Of a stretch of 64,000 bases of DNA, positions 26,978 to 38,650 are shown piece after piece. The notes beneath the pieces are model-generated. The model did not search any database and was not told where the DNA came from. It saw only the letters and a program-made list of their open reading frames with translations. The first letter of the stretch is position 1. Every line of letters starts with the position of its first letter. Source of the DNA: Eledone cirrhosa (taxonomy: Eukaryota). The DNA is taken from contig OZ024743.1 of assembly GCA_964016885.1 (NCBI GenBank), forward strand, positions 244,218,001-244,282,000, read 5' to 3'. The translations under genes were made by a program, and so were the position numbers.

Positions 26978-29900
26978 ATGACCAATATAAGAGTTGGATG
27001 TGTGAAAGCACGCGGCTTGGGGATGTCCTGGAAACAGGGCAAACTCTTAAATGACCTCAGGTCGCACAGAGTGGATGTAATGGTTCAGCATCAGCAACGA
27101 GTCCAGGATCAGCAACGAGTCCAGGATCAGCAACGAGCGCCAACTGGCCCCCATCTTCGACGACTTTGAGATCTACGCATCTCTCTGTCAGCCGAGGGGT
27201 GGGGGTGGGGTTGTCGTTCTGCTGCGAAAATACCTGGGTCTTGCCACACAGAAGGTACACCTGGACCCGGAGGGTCGACTGGTGGTTTTAGATGTCGGAA
27301 GTGGTGAAGGTGGAGCTTTCAGGCTGGTGGCAGCGTATGCCCCATCTGGGACACCGCGACCGGACTTCTTCCGACGCCTGGAGAATTTCCTGGGAACGTC
27401 TCGCTCCTTGCTTTTAGTGGGAGACTGGAATGGTATCCTGGATACACGTTGGGACTATGTAGGGGCATGTCCCGATAGAGGGGGGTGTAACAGCCTCAAA
27501 CGATTAATCGGCCGATTTGATCTGGCCGATAGATATCGACTAGATTTTCCGACTGTGCCACTGTGGACGTGGACTAATCTTAGCGGAAATGTAGGTCGTA
27601 CCTAGATAGGTTCCTAGTTAGAAATAAGGATAGGGACATATTAAGCTGTCCACGAATGTTCATGGTTGACTATTCGGATCACAAGTTAGTGACCAGAGTG
27701 GTAAACCTTGATAGAACTCATAGACAGGGACCCGGTTACTGGAAGCTAAACTTGTCTTTACCGACAAACAAAGCTTACAGTAAGTGGATTAGCACACTAG
27801 TTAAGCAGCGTTTGACGGGGGCAATTGTCAACAGCAGGTAGTGGGGCTCTCTCAAGAGAGAAATTAGAATAGAATCGATAGGTTTTAGTCGGGAATTAGC
27901 ATCAGATAGGAATAGAACTAAAAGGGAATTAATAAATAGAGTAGAAGAGGCGATTAGGAGTGGCAACGTGGCCGGCGTGCTGGCGTCAAGAACGGCCCTA
28001 GACCAGTTCTTTGATGCGAAGCACGAGGGCTGCGTTGTCAGGAGTAAAATACGTGCTCTGGGTAACGAGGGAGCCAAAGCTGTTAGCTGGGCCCGAGTGA
28101 CAGGCAAAAAGTGGAAACAAGTTCACGATTCGGTGTTTGAAGGACCAGGATGGACGCGTGATCCTTGAACCTGAGCGGATGAGCGTGGCCTTTCAACGGC
28201 GCTTTGCACGACTGTTCGGGAGGGGCGGCGGGCCGGGTGGGGCCATGGATTTCGGTCCATACCTCGACGGTCTGGCGCGGCTCTCGGACGGGGAAGCGAA
28301 GTCCTGCGAGAGGCCGATTTCAGCCGCTGAAATAGGGGAAGCGCTGAGCCAATGCGGCAAACGCAAATCTCCGGGTCTCGATGGTCTACCATACGAACTT
28401 TATGTAGCGATGCCGGGCTTGTTCTCCGGTCTCCTCGAGGCGGTCTACTGCAACTAGCAACAGAACGGGAGAATTCCCAGTTCTGTGACCAAGGGCCTAG
28501 TGGTGAGGAAGGACGAGAACAAGGGGATGACATAGATAACTTCAGGCCCATAACTCTGCTAAACACAGAGTTAAAGATTTTGGCCAAGGTGTTAGCGAAG
28601 AGGTTGGCGCTTGTCGTCGGGAACCTGGTGGGAGAAGCGCAGACATGCGCAATCCCGTCCAGGTCCATACATGACAACCTCCACCTCATGCGATACATCG
28701 TAGAGAGGGTAGGGAACGAACCCGGCTTTGGTGGGGCCCTGATCAACTTGGATCAATCTAAAGCGTTCGATAGGGTTGACCATCGGTACCTGGATGCGGT
28801 GCTGGCGGCGGCAGGCTTCGGACCCGTTTTCAGGGGCTGGATTGCTGCAATGCACAGCAACAGCACCTGCTCGAGGGTCAAGGTGAACGGCTACTCTCGG
28901 AGCCGTTCCAAATCACGCGATCCATCCGACAGGGATGCCCTCTCTCCTCCCTCTTGTATGTGCTGGCTCTCGAGCCACTACTGCGGAAGCTGGAGCTGTT
29001 GCAGGGCATCCCTTTGGAACCGGGATTGCGGAAAGTGGTGTCGGCCTACGCCGATGACGTGACAGTAATGGTGTCGTGTGCCTCGGAAATCGGGCAGATC
29101 GGCACCTTACTGCAGGAATATGAAAGGTTCACAGGAGCCAAGCTGAACCGGTTTGCAACTCGGGACGTGGAGGGGCAAAACTATCCCCTCCGACGGCATC
29201 GTCGAACGCTGGACGGAGGGACCGGTGAAGCTGCTCGGGGTCTGGTTCGGACCGGACCTCCAGGTGGAGAAAAACTGGGACGAGGTAACGGACAAGGTGT
29301 CTGCACTCGCCCAGAAGTGGGCCGAGTGCAAACTATCCCTGAAAGGTCGAGCGGAGGTGGCGAACACTTATATAGCGTCCGTCATCTACTACCGCTTGAC
29401 CGTCGTACCTTGCCCAGAGAAAACACTCGCCAAAATGGAGCGCTCGCTCTTCCGATTTCTTTGGAAGAAGCGGGCTCCTTTGGTGAGAAGATCCATCTGC
29501 TGTCAACGCCCTTCGAACGGAGGGCTGGGGTTGCCGTGGCTGACGGTGCGTAGACATGCATTAAGGCTACGGCACCTCCAGGTATTCCTCACCGGTCAGC
29601 CGGTGTGGGCCCTGTTTGTGAGGCGAGCCTTTCCGAGACTCGTCTCACTCACCGAGCTGCAATCCTGGGTCAAGCAAAGACCGAGAGAAAAGTGGGCGAC
29701 TGGCACATTAAATGTGCCCAGGCGCTCACGGCCCTCTGGCAAGCGGATTCGGCAATCAGTGGAGACTCAACCTCAACATTCTGTAGAGGGTTGGTGCGCA
29801 GTAAGTGCGACGACGCTCTCGGAGAGGCTCTGGGCATGGAGGAAGACGAGCTGGCCAGTCTGTTCGGTAGGAAATTTGGCCCGGGACCGATGGACAACTT

Positions 29901-30415
29901 CCAAAAATCCCTGGCTTGCCAATGTTACCGAGGATCTCTACCCGTTCGGGACAAGCTCTACAGACACGGGCGCCCGGGTAGGGTCCCCTCGAAGAAGATC
30001 TGTCCGAGATGCGTGCGTGACGAGGAAACCGTCGCACACGCATTCGTACACTGCCCGGGCGTTGCTGACCTGTGGGGCTATGTGGAACGACTACTGTCGC
30101 GGGTGGGACCAATCCGGTTGACCACCGAGAACATTGTCACGATCAAACCGCCTCCCCCTTTCAAAAACGAAGGAGAGGCGGTTTTCCTCTGTGTGATAGC
30201 TATGGCGAAAGAAGTTGTATGGTGGACAAGGTTGAAAGGGCTGAGGTCAGACACCTTTCTCTCCGGCCACCAACTGGTCTTTTTTTTCAAGTACCACTTT
30301 AGAAGAAGGATCAGAATGGAGAGAGGTGCTCTACCCCAGCAAGTTTTATGAAAGGTGGGTGAAAGTAGCGAGAATGGCCCGAGTGTATGGGCCTTCTCTC
30401 TATATCAGCCTGTAG
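26978..30415 (+). pseudogene. LINE ORF2: APE endonuclease, reverse transcriptase and C-terminal Cys/His motif; multiple frameshifts and stops
   Basis: AYAPS, VGDWN, SDHK, GYWKLN, KSPGLDG, FRPITLLN, LDQSKAFDRVDH, QGCPLS, YADD, GGLG and CPRC...HAFVHC. Confidence 0.95.
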
Positions 30416-30974
30416 GTGAGAGAGGAGAAGAATGAAAAGAGGAAAGAAGCACCCGCTCTTTGTGCTCTTGAAGAGGAGGGTTGCACATTTTTTCGGGGGT
30501 GTGTGCGACCCATGTCAACGCCCCTCCCTATTGAGGACATCGATTGTTAAATTTAATTTGTTATATGTTTTTTACACGTCTTTTTAAATGTATGTAAACT
30601 CCCCCCTTTGTATTTGTCCCAATCTTTGATGCCCTGGTGGCAAATAAATAGAAATTTATATCAATTACCACCAAACTCTCCCCCTCTCTATATCTATCTC
30701 TCACATCTGTCTCTACAAAACATGTACATAAATTGTAGCGCCTATACAAATAGATGTGTGTTTTGGTAGTTTGGGGAGGAAAATATTATTATTGGGGCGG
30801 GGGGGGGGCATGTCCTCCCTGGCCCACCCCCAGTTCCACCACCCCTGACTACAATGCACTCCAATACACTACATTATCCTACACTACACTAAAATACACG
30901 GCATTGCTCTATCCAACATGGTATTACACTATATTACACTACAGCACAGTATACGACACGAATGAAACTTCTTG

Positions 30975-31340
30975 TCATCGTCGGTAGAGGGTCGGACGCC
31001 ATGCTTTGACGCATAGAGTTACGGCCCTTGCCATTCTGAGTTCAAATCCCGCCGAGGTTAACTTTGCCTTTCATCCTTACGGGGTCGATAAAATAAAGTA
31101 ACAGTAATGCACTGAGTAATTGCTGGCCTTGTGCCAAAAGTAGAAACAATTATTTCTTGGCAGTATCGGTAGAGGGTCGGACGCTATGCTTTGACGTATA
31201 GAGTTACGGCCCTTGCCATTCTGAGTTCAAATCCCGCCGAGGTTAACTTTGCCTTTCATCCTTACGGGGTCGATAAAATAAAGTACCAGTAATGCTCTGG
31301 TTAATTGCTGGCCTTGTGCCAAACGTAGAAACAATTATTT
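30975..31340 (+). mobile_element. Two tandem Meta-like SINE copies
   Basis: Near-identical units of about 185 bp starting TCGGTAGAGGGTCGGACGC. Confidence 0.9.
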
Positions 31341-31427
31341 CTATAATATAAATATGCTTACACCTTACTAACGTATTGAGTGGCTTTTTAATTGTGGTCC
31401 TTTCTTGATATAGATCACGAATCCACC

Positions 31428-31470
<43 letters not shown>

Positions 31471-31783
31471 TTATATCCCGTAACTTAGTGGATCCACAAA
31501 AGAAAAAAAATCGATGAAATAAGTACCAGACTTGAAAAATATGTACTGAGGTCGATATGATCGACAAAATGAAGATTTCGTCCCAGCATGGGACTTCGCC
31601 ACAGCCAAATGACTGAAGCCAGTAAAAGTGTAAACAAGTAAACGAGTATTAATGCAGAATATTGACTTCGTGACTTAATGTGTGTTTGTTTATATCAAGG
31701 TAAGACTAAGCAATAACCCTTTAAGAAAATAATCGGATATACATTTGTTTATTAGCAAAGATGCATTGAAATGAGACGTTATA

Positions 31784-31976
31784 TCAGCTCTGTCAACCCT
31801 CCCCGTCCGACAGGAAGATCTCTCACCCACTTTGTGGGGGGAGATGACTTCTCTTGTGAAAATGGGTATAGCTTTTATTATGTAAAATATCCCCATTTTG
31901 CCTCATTTAACCTCGTTTGAGGGCACTTTTTTTCATGGTACTCCCCGTTTGGGTTTTTAGAGGTTGGCAGGTCTGA
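31784..31976. mobile_element. MITE with CAGACCTGCCAAC-type TIRs
   Basis: CAGCTCTGTCAACC...GGTTGGCAGGTCTG. A reverse-oriented copy at 43656-44026 is interrupted by a SINE. Confidence 0.7.
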
Positions 31977-32539
31977 TATAATTAAAGCAAAACACCAATA
32001 AATCTCGGAGGAAGTATAAAGTTAATTAAATCAACCTCAGTTCTTGACTGGCACTTTACTTTATCGATCCCGGAAAGATGAAAGACAAAGTTGATCTCGA
32101 CAGGATTTGAACTCAGAATGTTAAGAACCAGAATAAATAGCTCAATACCATTTTATCCGACGTCTCACTAATCTATGATCCTCAGATATTATATGAAACC
32201 TCTCATGTTCTTTGTAAAATAACATATAGTTACAAAAATAGCTGTTGCCACATCGTCCCAACGAACAGAATTATGAATGCTTTACCCAGGAGGATGCCAA
32301 GGGTGATACGCTGAACGTGCGATCATTCTATTGTTTTATATTTGTTTGCTTGTTTTTAATCAATTTCAGTTCTATAGTAAAAATGTAAAGGTTATGTTTA
32401 TCATATTATTTATCAATTTTAGTATCTGTACTGCACTGAGTCAGACATTTTACATATTGATTTAGTGAAACCCGTAGCTAGTAAAGTGTATTCTATTAAA
32501 ATAGATTTTTCAAATTTTATTCTACACACACACATACAC

Positions 32540-32594
<55 letters not shown>

Positions 32595-32617
32595 CGTGTG
32601 TATGTACATCTATTCAT

Positions 32618-32651
<34 letters not shown>

Positions 32652-32819
32652 GTATATGGGTCTATGAGCGTTACACAGTGTGAATTACAGGTACAACTAA
32701 TTTGTCCAGGTTTATAGACTGAAGCAACGTAATATATAGTGTCTTATTCAAGGGCATAATACGCCACCGTGATCGAACTTACCACCTTACAATTGTGACC
32801 TCAATCATTACAAAATGAG

Positions 32820-33156
32820 CATTCGTGGTCCTGGTTATTCGCGGAATTTTCCTTAGAACCTAACAAATAATTGTTCGTGGAAACTACTGCATATTCGCGG
32901 AATCGTAAATATTTTCAGCGATTTCTTTATGTGTTTTTTCGTGGCAATATATATATTTTAACGCTAAATTATTAATAACAATATACTGTATTTACCGGTC
33001 TATTGGACGCCCCTTCGCATAAGACGCTCCCTCTTTTTTCAAATTATATTTTGACGTTTATAGGAATTTTTATGGACCACGTTCAATATTCGCGGTTTTT
33101 TACTCTGCGAGGGTCATCTAGAAACGTAACCCCCGCGAATACCGGGGAACAACTGT
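32820..33156. mobile_element. Tigger/pogo-like MITE remnant with a nested second TIR fragment
   Basis: Ends CCCCGCGAATACCGGGGAACAACTG-TA with repeated ATTCGCGG. Inner TA-CTGTATTTACCGGTCTATTGGACGC is a TIR-like piece. Confidence 0.6.
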
Positions 33157-34164
33157 ATATGTATAAAAAAAAACAATTAAGGAGTAAATGTCGGAAAAGT
33201 TATAAGATTTCCTTTATTGCCTAGGTGATGTATATTTATACAATATTGGGTTATTTTACGAAACATTGCGGAAATTTGAAAGTATGTAACCTTTTGGGGT
33301 AGCCAACACACTGCAGCTAACTAAAAATAATATTTGAATAAATCGGGTAAAGTATTCCTGGAGACTTAATAAAACGGACTGAAACGCCTACAGGATATGA
33401 ACCACGCATCTGCTGTAAGCCGGACGCATGCGTTTTATTTCCAGTAGTACTTTACTCGACATATTCAACTATTATTTATAATTATCTACATTTTGGCTTT
33501 CTAAAAAAGCAAATGTATTTTCAAATCGTTAAAAAAAATGTTCTTGGTGATGGTGGTGGTTGTCATGCTGGCATCTATTTCAATACATGAATAATAAATC
33601 TATTGAAACATGCCACGTTACACATATTTCAGTGACTGGTTTGTTTTGTCATTCATAAAAATCATGGAATCTAAAATGTTACTTGCTTCTACCTCTTCTG
33701 TGTGATACGAAGAGTCTAAATATAGATACAAATTCAAACTTATTGATGCGTGTGTGAGGCAATGGGTTAAATGGTAAAATATTGTACCATGCTATAGGGC
33801 CCTAACTCAATGTCTGAATACATAGAGATTGTGTGGGAGGAAGTACCAACTCCAGTTCTGAACAGGTACTTTATCGACAACGAAGACATTAGAATTCAAA
33901 CTCAAAGAGGACCCGAAAACATACCGCGAAACATTTCTATCCGACGTTCTAACGACTCATTAACCGTCTCGTAAGATTTGATGAAAAATGACATCGTTTT
34001 ATGATAATGTGCTTTTATTCACTTTCACTTTTAATATATATTGTATTGTTTTGTTGTGCTTCATTCTTTTGTCTTCTTTTTCTCATTTAAAATGTTTTCT
34101 TGTTTTCAAAAGAAGAATTTTTCGTCATTTTTGTCATTGGCATTATTATCCTTATCATATAAGG

Positions 34165-34375
34165 CGGTGGATTGGCAGTATCGGTAGAGTGTCACACACC
34201 ATGCTTTGCACCACGGAATTATTGCCCTTTACGTTGTGAGTTCAAATCTCGCCTAGGTTAGCTTTTCCTTTCATCCTTACGGGGTCGATAAAATAAAGCA
34301 GCAGTAATGTAGTGGGGTCGATTTAATCGCCCCCCCAAAAAAAATGCTGGCCTTGTGCCTAAAGTAGAAACAATT
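34165..34375 (+). mobile_element. Full-length Meta-like SINE
   Basis: GGCGGTGGATTGGCAGTATCGGTAGAG...GAGTTCAAATCTC...core. Confidence 0.85.
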
Positions 34376-35290
34376 TTATTATTATTAATATCATTATCAT
34401 CATCATCATCATTTTCGTTATTATCATCATCGAAATAATCATCGTTATTATCATCAGTATTAATTGTACTTACATGACATTGGGCAACAAAGCTTAAATA
34501 TTCCTTGTAGTGAAAGGAGTTTTAGTATGAAACGACAACCCTGCTTTCCCACGGCATTCTACTCTCTTTAGACCGACTTTACTGTATGTTCCACATGATC
34601 AGCCTTCACTGTGTCTACTAAATGAACACAATCAAGCGTATAATATTACATAACATAAAAACGAATTTTTACGATGCTAAACCTGTGGTTTCCGATTATG
34701 AATTCATAATCACACCTAAAGTCATTGTTACTTTTGATTGAAATAGTGACCTTGAAGAGTAGAAATTTAACAGTTCTGCAAACTGAATTTTAAATATGAG
34801 ACAGTAAATATATGAGAAATTTTTTTAGTTTAAGCATGTTATTCTAGCAATTTATTATTGCTTGAGTTACAAAGGAGATAGGTTACAAAGGTTATAGGTT
34901 TTTAGAGTTTGACTCTTCCTTTGAAGAAAAACTTTGAATAATAAAGAATATAAATGTATCTTACATACTGATAGTTTCATTCATGCGAATATAACACATA
35001 TGTCATAACACGGAATTACTTAACATAAGCTCTGAAATCCTCTTTTGGTTTTAGATATACATTTTATAGCTAAACATGTTAAACGAAGAGAAATCGCATG
35101 GGCCAATCAGGATGAAACTTTTTGAAATGATGATTCCGTCCATCCATTGGTCCAAGACTGCTGATGAGGTCGTAGGAGAGCTGTCATAACATACAGCGTG
35201 TCATCGGCATTTTAAACCTGGTTTGAACTCTTCCGGAGAAATAGAGAAAAAGCCGGAAAGGGGAAGTGAGAGAGAGAGAGAGAGAGAGAA

Positions 35291-35365
<75 letters not shown>

Positions 35366-36335
35366 GAGAAGAATTGATACTGGTATTGAACTCGTACTTT
35401 ATCTATAGCCCTCAATAGGATGAAAAGTAAAGTTGAGCTACCTTGGTAAGATTTAAACTCAGAATGCAGAGTGCCAGAACGAATACCGTAGACAAAAGGT
35501 TCTCAACGGGGGGCATATGCCCCCCGGGGGCGTTAGCGGGGGCGTTTGGAACTTTGAGGGCGCTAGAAGCCCCTTTAGTTTGGTAAGTTTTATAAGTCAT
35601 ATTTGTACGTCTCTTAGACAGTCAGTGATTTGAATGAAGAAAACAAAGAAAATAAATTAATGAAGCTTGTCAACGAATTCCCTAGGGAGATGAAAGAAAA
35701 TCAAAAGAAATCAAGGGTAATGAAAGTAAGGACTACTTCAACAGAAATGACAAGAAGAAGCAATGGTGGTGGTGAACATACACACACATACATACATACA
35801 TACACACATATATACACATACATACACACACACACACATATATATATATACACACACAGGCCCGCGTTAGTGTTTGATGAAGTTGAGAACCTGGTCAGCT
35901 TTCAGCCAGAAGTGTGGTATTTAATCTCCCTAGGTAATAAAATCTGGCGACAAAAATGTTCTCCTTAGCAAAAAAAGAAGCGATAGATCATATCAACATC
36001 CTTACACACTTAAATATAAATGTATGTATGTATAAATGGAATAGAATGAAACGAAATTTCACTTCTCACTCTTAGTACGGCACTTACTTAAATGTAAGTA
36101 TGTATGTATACGTACATACATATATGTATACAGACGTACAGTAGCATGTATATATATATATATATATACATACAGGCACACATACATATATGCACGTATC
36201 AGTTTACAGTTTATCAGTTTATATATACAATAGTATAAATGCATAGCTATATACATACGTAAATGTATGTATATATGTATGTATGTATGTAGATTTATAT
36301 ATATATATTTATATATATATATATATGTATATATT

Positions 36336-36372
<37 letters not shown>

Positions 36373-36663
36373 ATATGTATCTGTGTGTTTCCAAATATAT
36401 TAATAACTCCCTCTGGTCGAGCAATCTTTGAGGTGTGGGGACAACTGGAAAGCTTCCATTACTCATACTTCTCGCCTTCTTCACTACCTCTTCTACGGCC
36501 TCGATATGAATACCCCCTCCGCCTCCGTGGTATTTTCTTCGTGGTTATAGGAGGCTTAGCTCTGTTTCTCGACCGTTATATCGCGTGACTATCTCCCCCT
36601 CCGCCTTTTGGGATTCTTTCTCACGTCGTGTAGACGCGTTCTTGAGACTAGTAAAATGAGGTA

Positions 36664-36751
36664 TCCTCTTGATAAGTCGGCAGACCTCGCAAGGACTCTA
36701 TATCTTTGATATATTGTTTTTGTTTATGCCACGAAACTACGTAGTCGAGGA
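36664..36751 (+). ncRNA. Type I hammerhead ribozyme, U3-A8 core variant
   Basis: Stem I TCCTC/GAGGA; core TTGATAA; stem II GT(C)GGCA...TGCCAC with a long loop; GAA; palindromic stem III ACTACGTAGT; GUC triplet ending at 36746. Confidence 0.72.
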
Positions 36752-37258
36752 ATTTAGGAACAGTTTAGGTATGATACATTTTATTACTAATTATATCTAA
36801 ATGTTTCTTCTCTCTTCATAATGTATTTTTAACTCTGATACTGGTTCAGTCTGGTTCAAACTGAATTGGTCTGTCCCAGTCATTCATTGAGCAACATCGG
36901 TGAAGTTGGCACCCTTAACTCACAGTTGGGTGCGGATGCATTCATGTATATATATATGTGTGTGTCCGCATGTATCTGTGTGTTTCCAAATATATTAATA
37001 ACTCCCTCTGGTCGAGCAATCTTTGAGGTGTGGGGACAACTGGAAAGCTTCCATTACTCATACTTCTCGCCTTCTTCACTACCTCTTCTACGGCCTCGAT
37101 ATGAATACCCCCTCCGCCTCCGTGGTATTTTCTTCGTGGTTATAGGAGGCTTAGCTCTGTTTCTCGACCGTTATATCGCGTGACTATCTCCCCCTCCGCC
37201 TTTTGGGATTCTTTCTCACGTCGTGTAGACGCGTTCTTGAGACTAGTAAAATGAGGTA

Positions 37259-37346
37259 TCCTCTTGATAAGTCGGCAGACCTCGCAAGGACTCTATATCT
37301 TTGATATATTGTTTTTGTTTATGCCACGAAACTACGTAGTCGAGGA
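37259..37346 (+). ncRNA. Type I hammerhead ribozyme, U3-A8 variant, second copy
   Basis: Identical to 36664-36751; predicted cleavage after 37341. Confidence 0.72.
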
Positions 37347-37586
37347 ATTTAGGAACAGTTTAGGTATGATACATTTTATTACTAATTATATCTAAATGTT
37401 TCTTCTCTCTTCATAATGTATTTTTAACTCTGATACTGGTTCAGTCTGGTTCAAACTGAATTGGTCTGTCCCAGTCATTCATTGAGCAACATCGGTGAAG
37501 TTGGCACCCTTAACTCACAGTTGGGTGCGGATGCATTCATGTATATATATATATGTGTGTGTCCGCATGTATCTGTGTGTTTCCAA

Positions 37587-37644
<58 letters not shown>

Positions 37645-37745
37645 AATCTACATACATATATACATACATACATTTACGTATGTATATAGCTATGCATTTA
37701 TACATTTGTATATATATACATGCATTTATATTTAAGTGTGTAAGG

Positions 37746-37926
<181 letters not shown>

Positions 37927-37947
37927 ATATATATATTATACACACAC

Positions 37948-37988
<41 letters not shown>

Positions 37989-38268
37989 GTGTGACAAGAA
38001 GCTTGTTTCCCAACTACATATTTCCGGGTTCAGTTCCCCTGCCCGAGCCGACCAAAGCCCTGTGAGTGGATTTGATAGAGCGAAACTAAAAGAAGCCCGT
38101 CGTATATATGTATATATGTGTGTGTCTTTGCGTTTGTGTTTGCCCTCCCACCAATGCTTGTTGGTTTGTTGACGTACCCATAACCTACCAAGGTGATGCT
38201 CCAGCAAGGGCGTAGTCCAGAGATAGAAAAAAAGTAAAATATATATATGTGTGTGTGTGTCTGTAGAA

Positions 38269-38629
38269 GAGGGGTCTCAAACTCAAGGACACAAAAGGGC
38301 TATTACGTCCTGGAGGAGAGGCACAGTGGGCCAAACGTGGTGGTGGGTGAACATTTTCACCAGTTATAATCATTTCTACTATAGGAACAAGGCATGAAAT
38401 TTGGGGTTTAGGGGTTCAGTCGATTGCATCGATCCTAGTACACAACTGGTACTTAATTCATCGACCCCAAAAGGATGTAAGGCAAAGTTGAGATCGGCAT
38501 TTCGCCAGATGTGCTAACGATTCCACCAGCTCGCCGCCTTATTTTCACCAGTTATAATGCGATATGAAATATTGGTTCTACCACGGGCCACAGATAAGTA
38601 GTTCGCGGGCCGCATGTGTGAGCCCCCTG
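38269..38629. mobile_element. Small Charlie-like hAT MITE interrupted by a SINE
   Basis: GAGGGGTCTCAAAC...GTGTGAGCCCCCTG with subterminal GCGGGCCGCA. Confidence 0.65.
38371..38540 (-). mobile_element. Internally deleted Meta-like SINE with an 18-bp TSD
   Basis: TSD ATTTTCACCAGTTATAAT at 38353-38370 and 38541-38558. Confidence 0.85.
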
Positions 38630-38650
38630 TTGGAGATAAATAGATAGATA

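Larger units (their letters stand above)
24883..30656 (+). mobile_element. Full-length L1/Tx1-clade LINE, inactivated
   Basis: 11-bp TSD TATATCAATTA at 24872-24882 and 30657-30667; 5' UTR, ORF1, ORF2, and a 3' UTR with AATAAA. Confidence 0.92.
23730..30847. mobile_element. hAT-like non-autonomous element split by the full-length LINE
   Basis: Termini TAGGGGTGGTGAAA and GTTCCACCACCCCTG. Internal segment 23850-23940 is repeated at 30718-30845. The ACACT satellite lies on both sides; no clean TSD. Confidence 0.55.
36376..37593 (+). repeat. Tandem duplication, 595-bp period (2 copies plus a stub), one hammerhead per unit
   Basis: TGTATCTGTGTGTTTCCAAATATATTA at 36376, 36971 and about 37568; the copies are essentially identical. 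Confidence 0.95.

Noticed and set aside
33350-33400. CTGGAGA...GAAACGCCTA hammerhead-like motif
   Set aside because: The core deviates non-compensatorily, and stems II and III do not pair.
35160-35200. CTGATGAG as a hammerhead core
   Set aside because: No stem II followed by GAAA and no stem I pairing.
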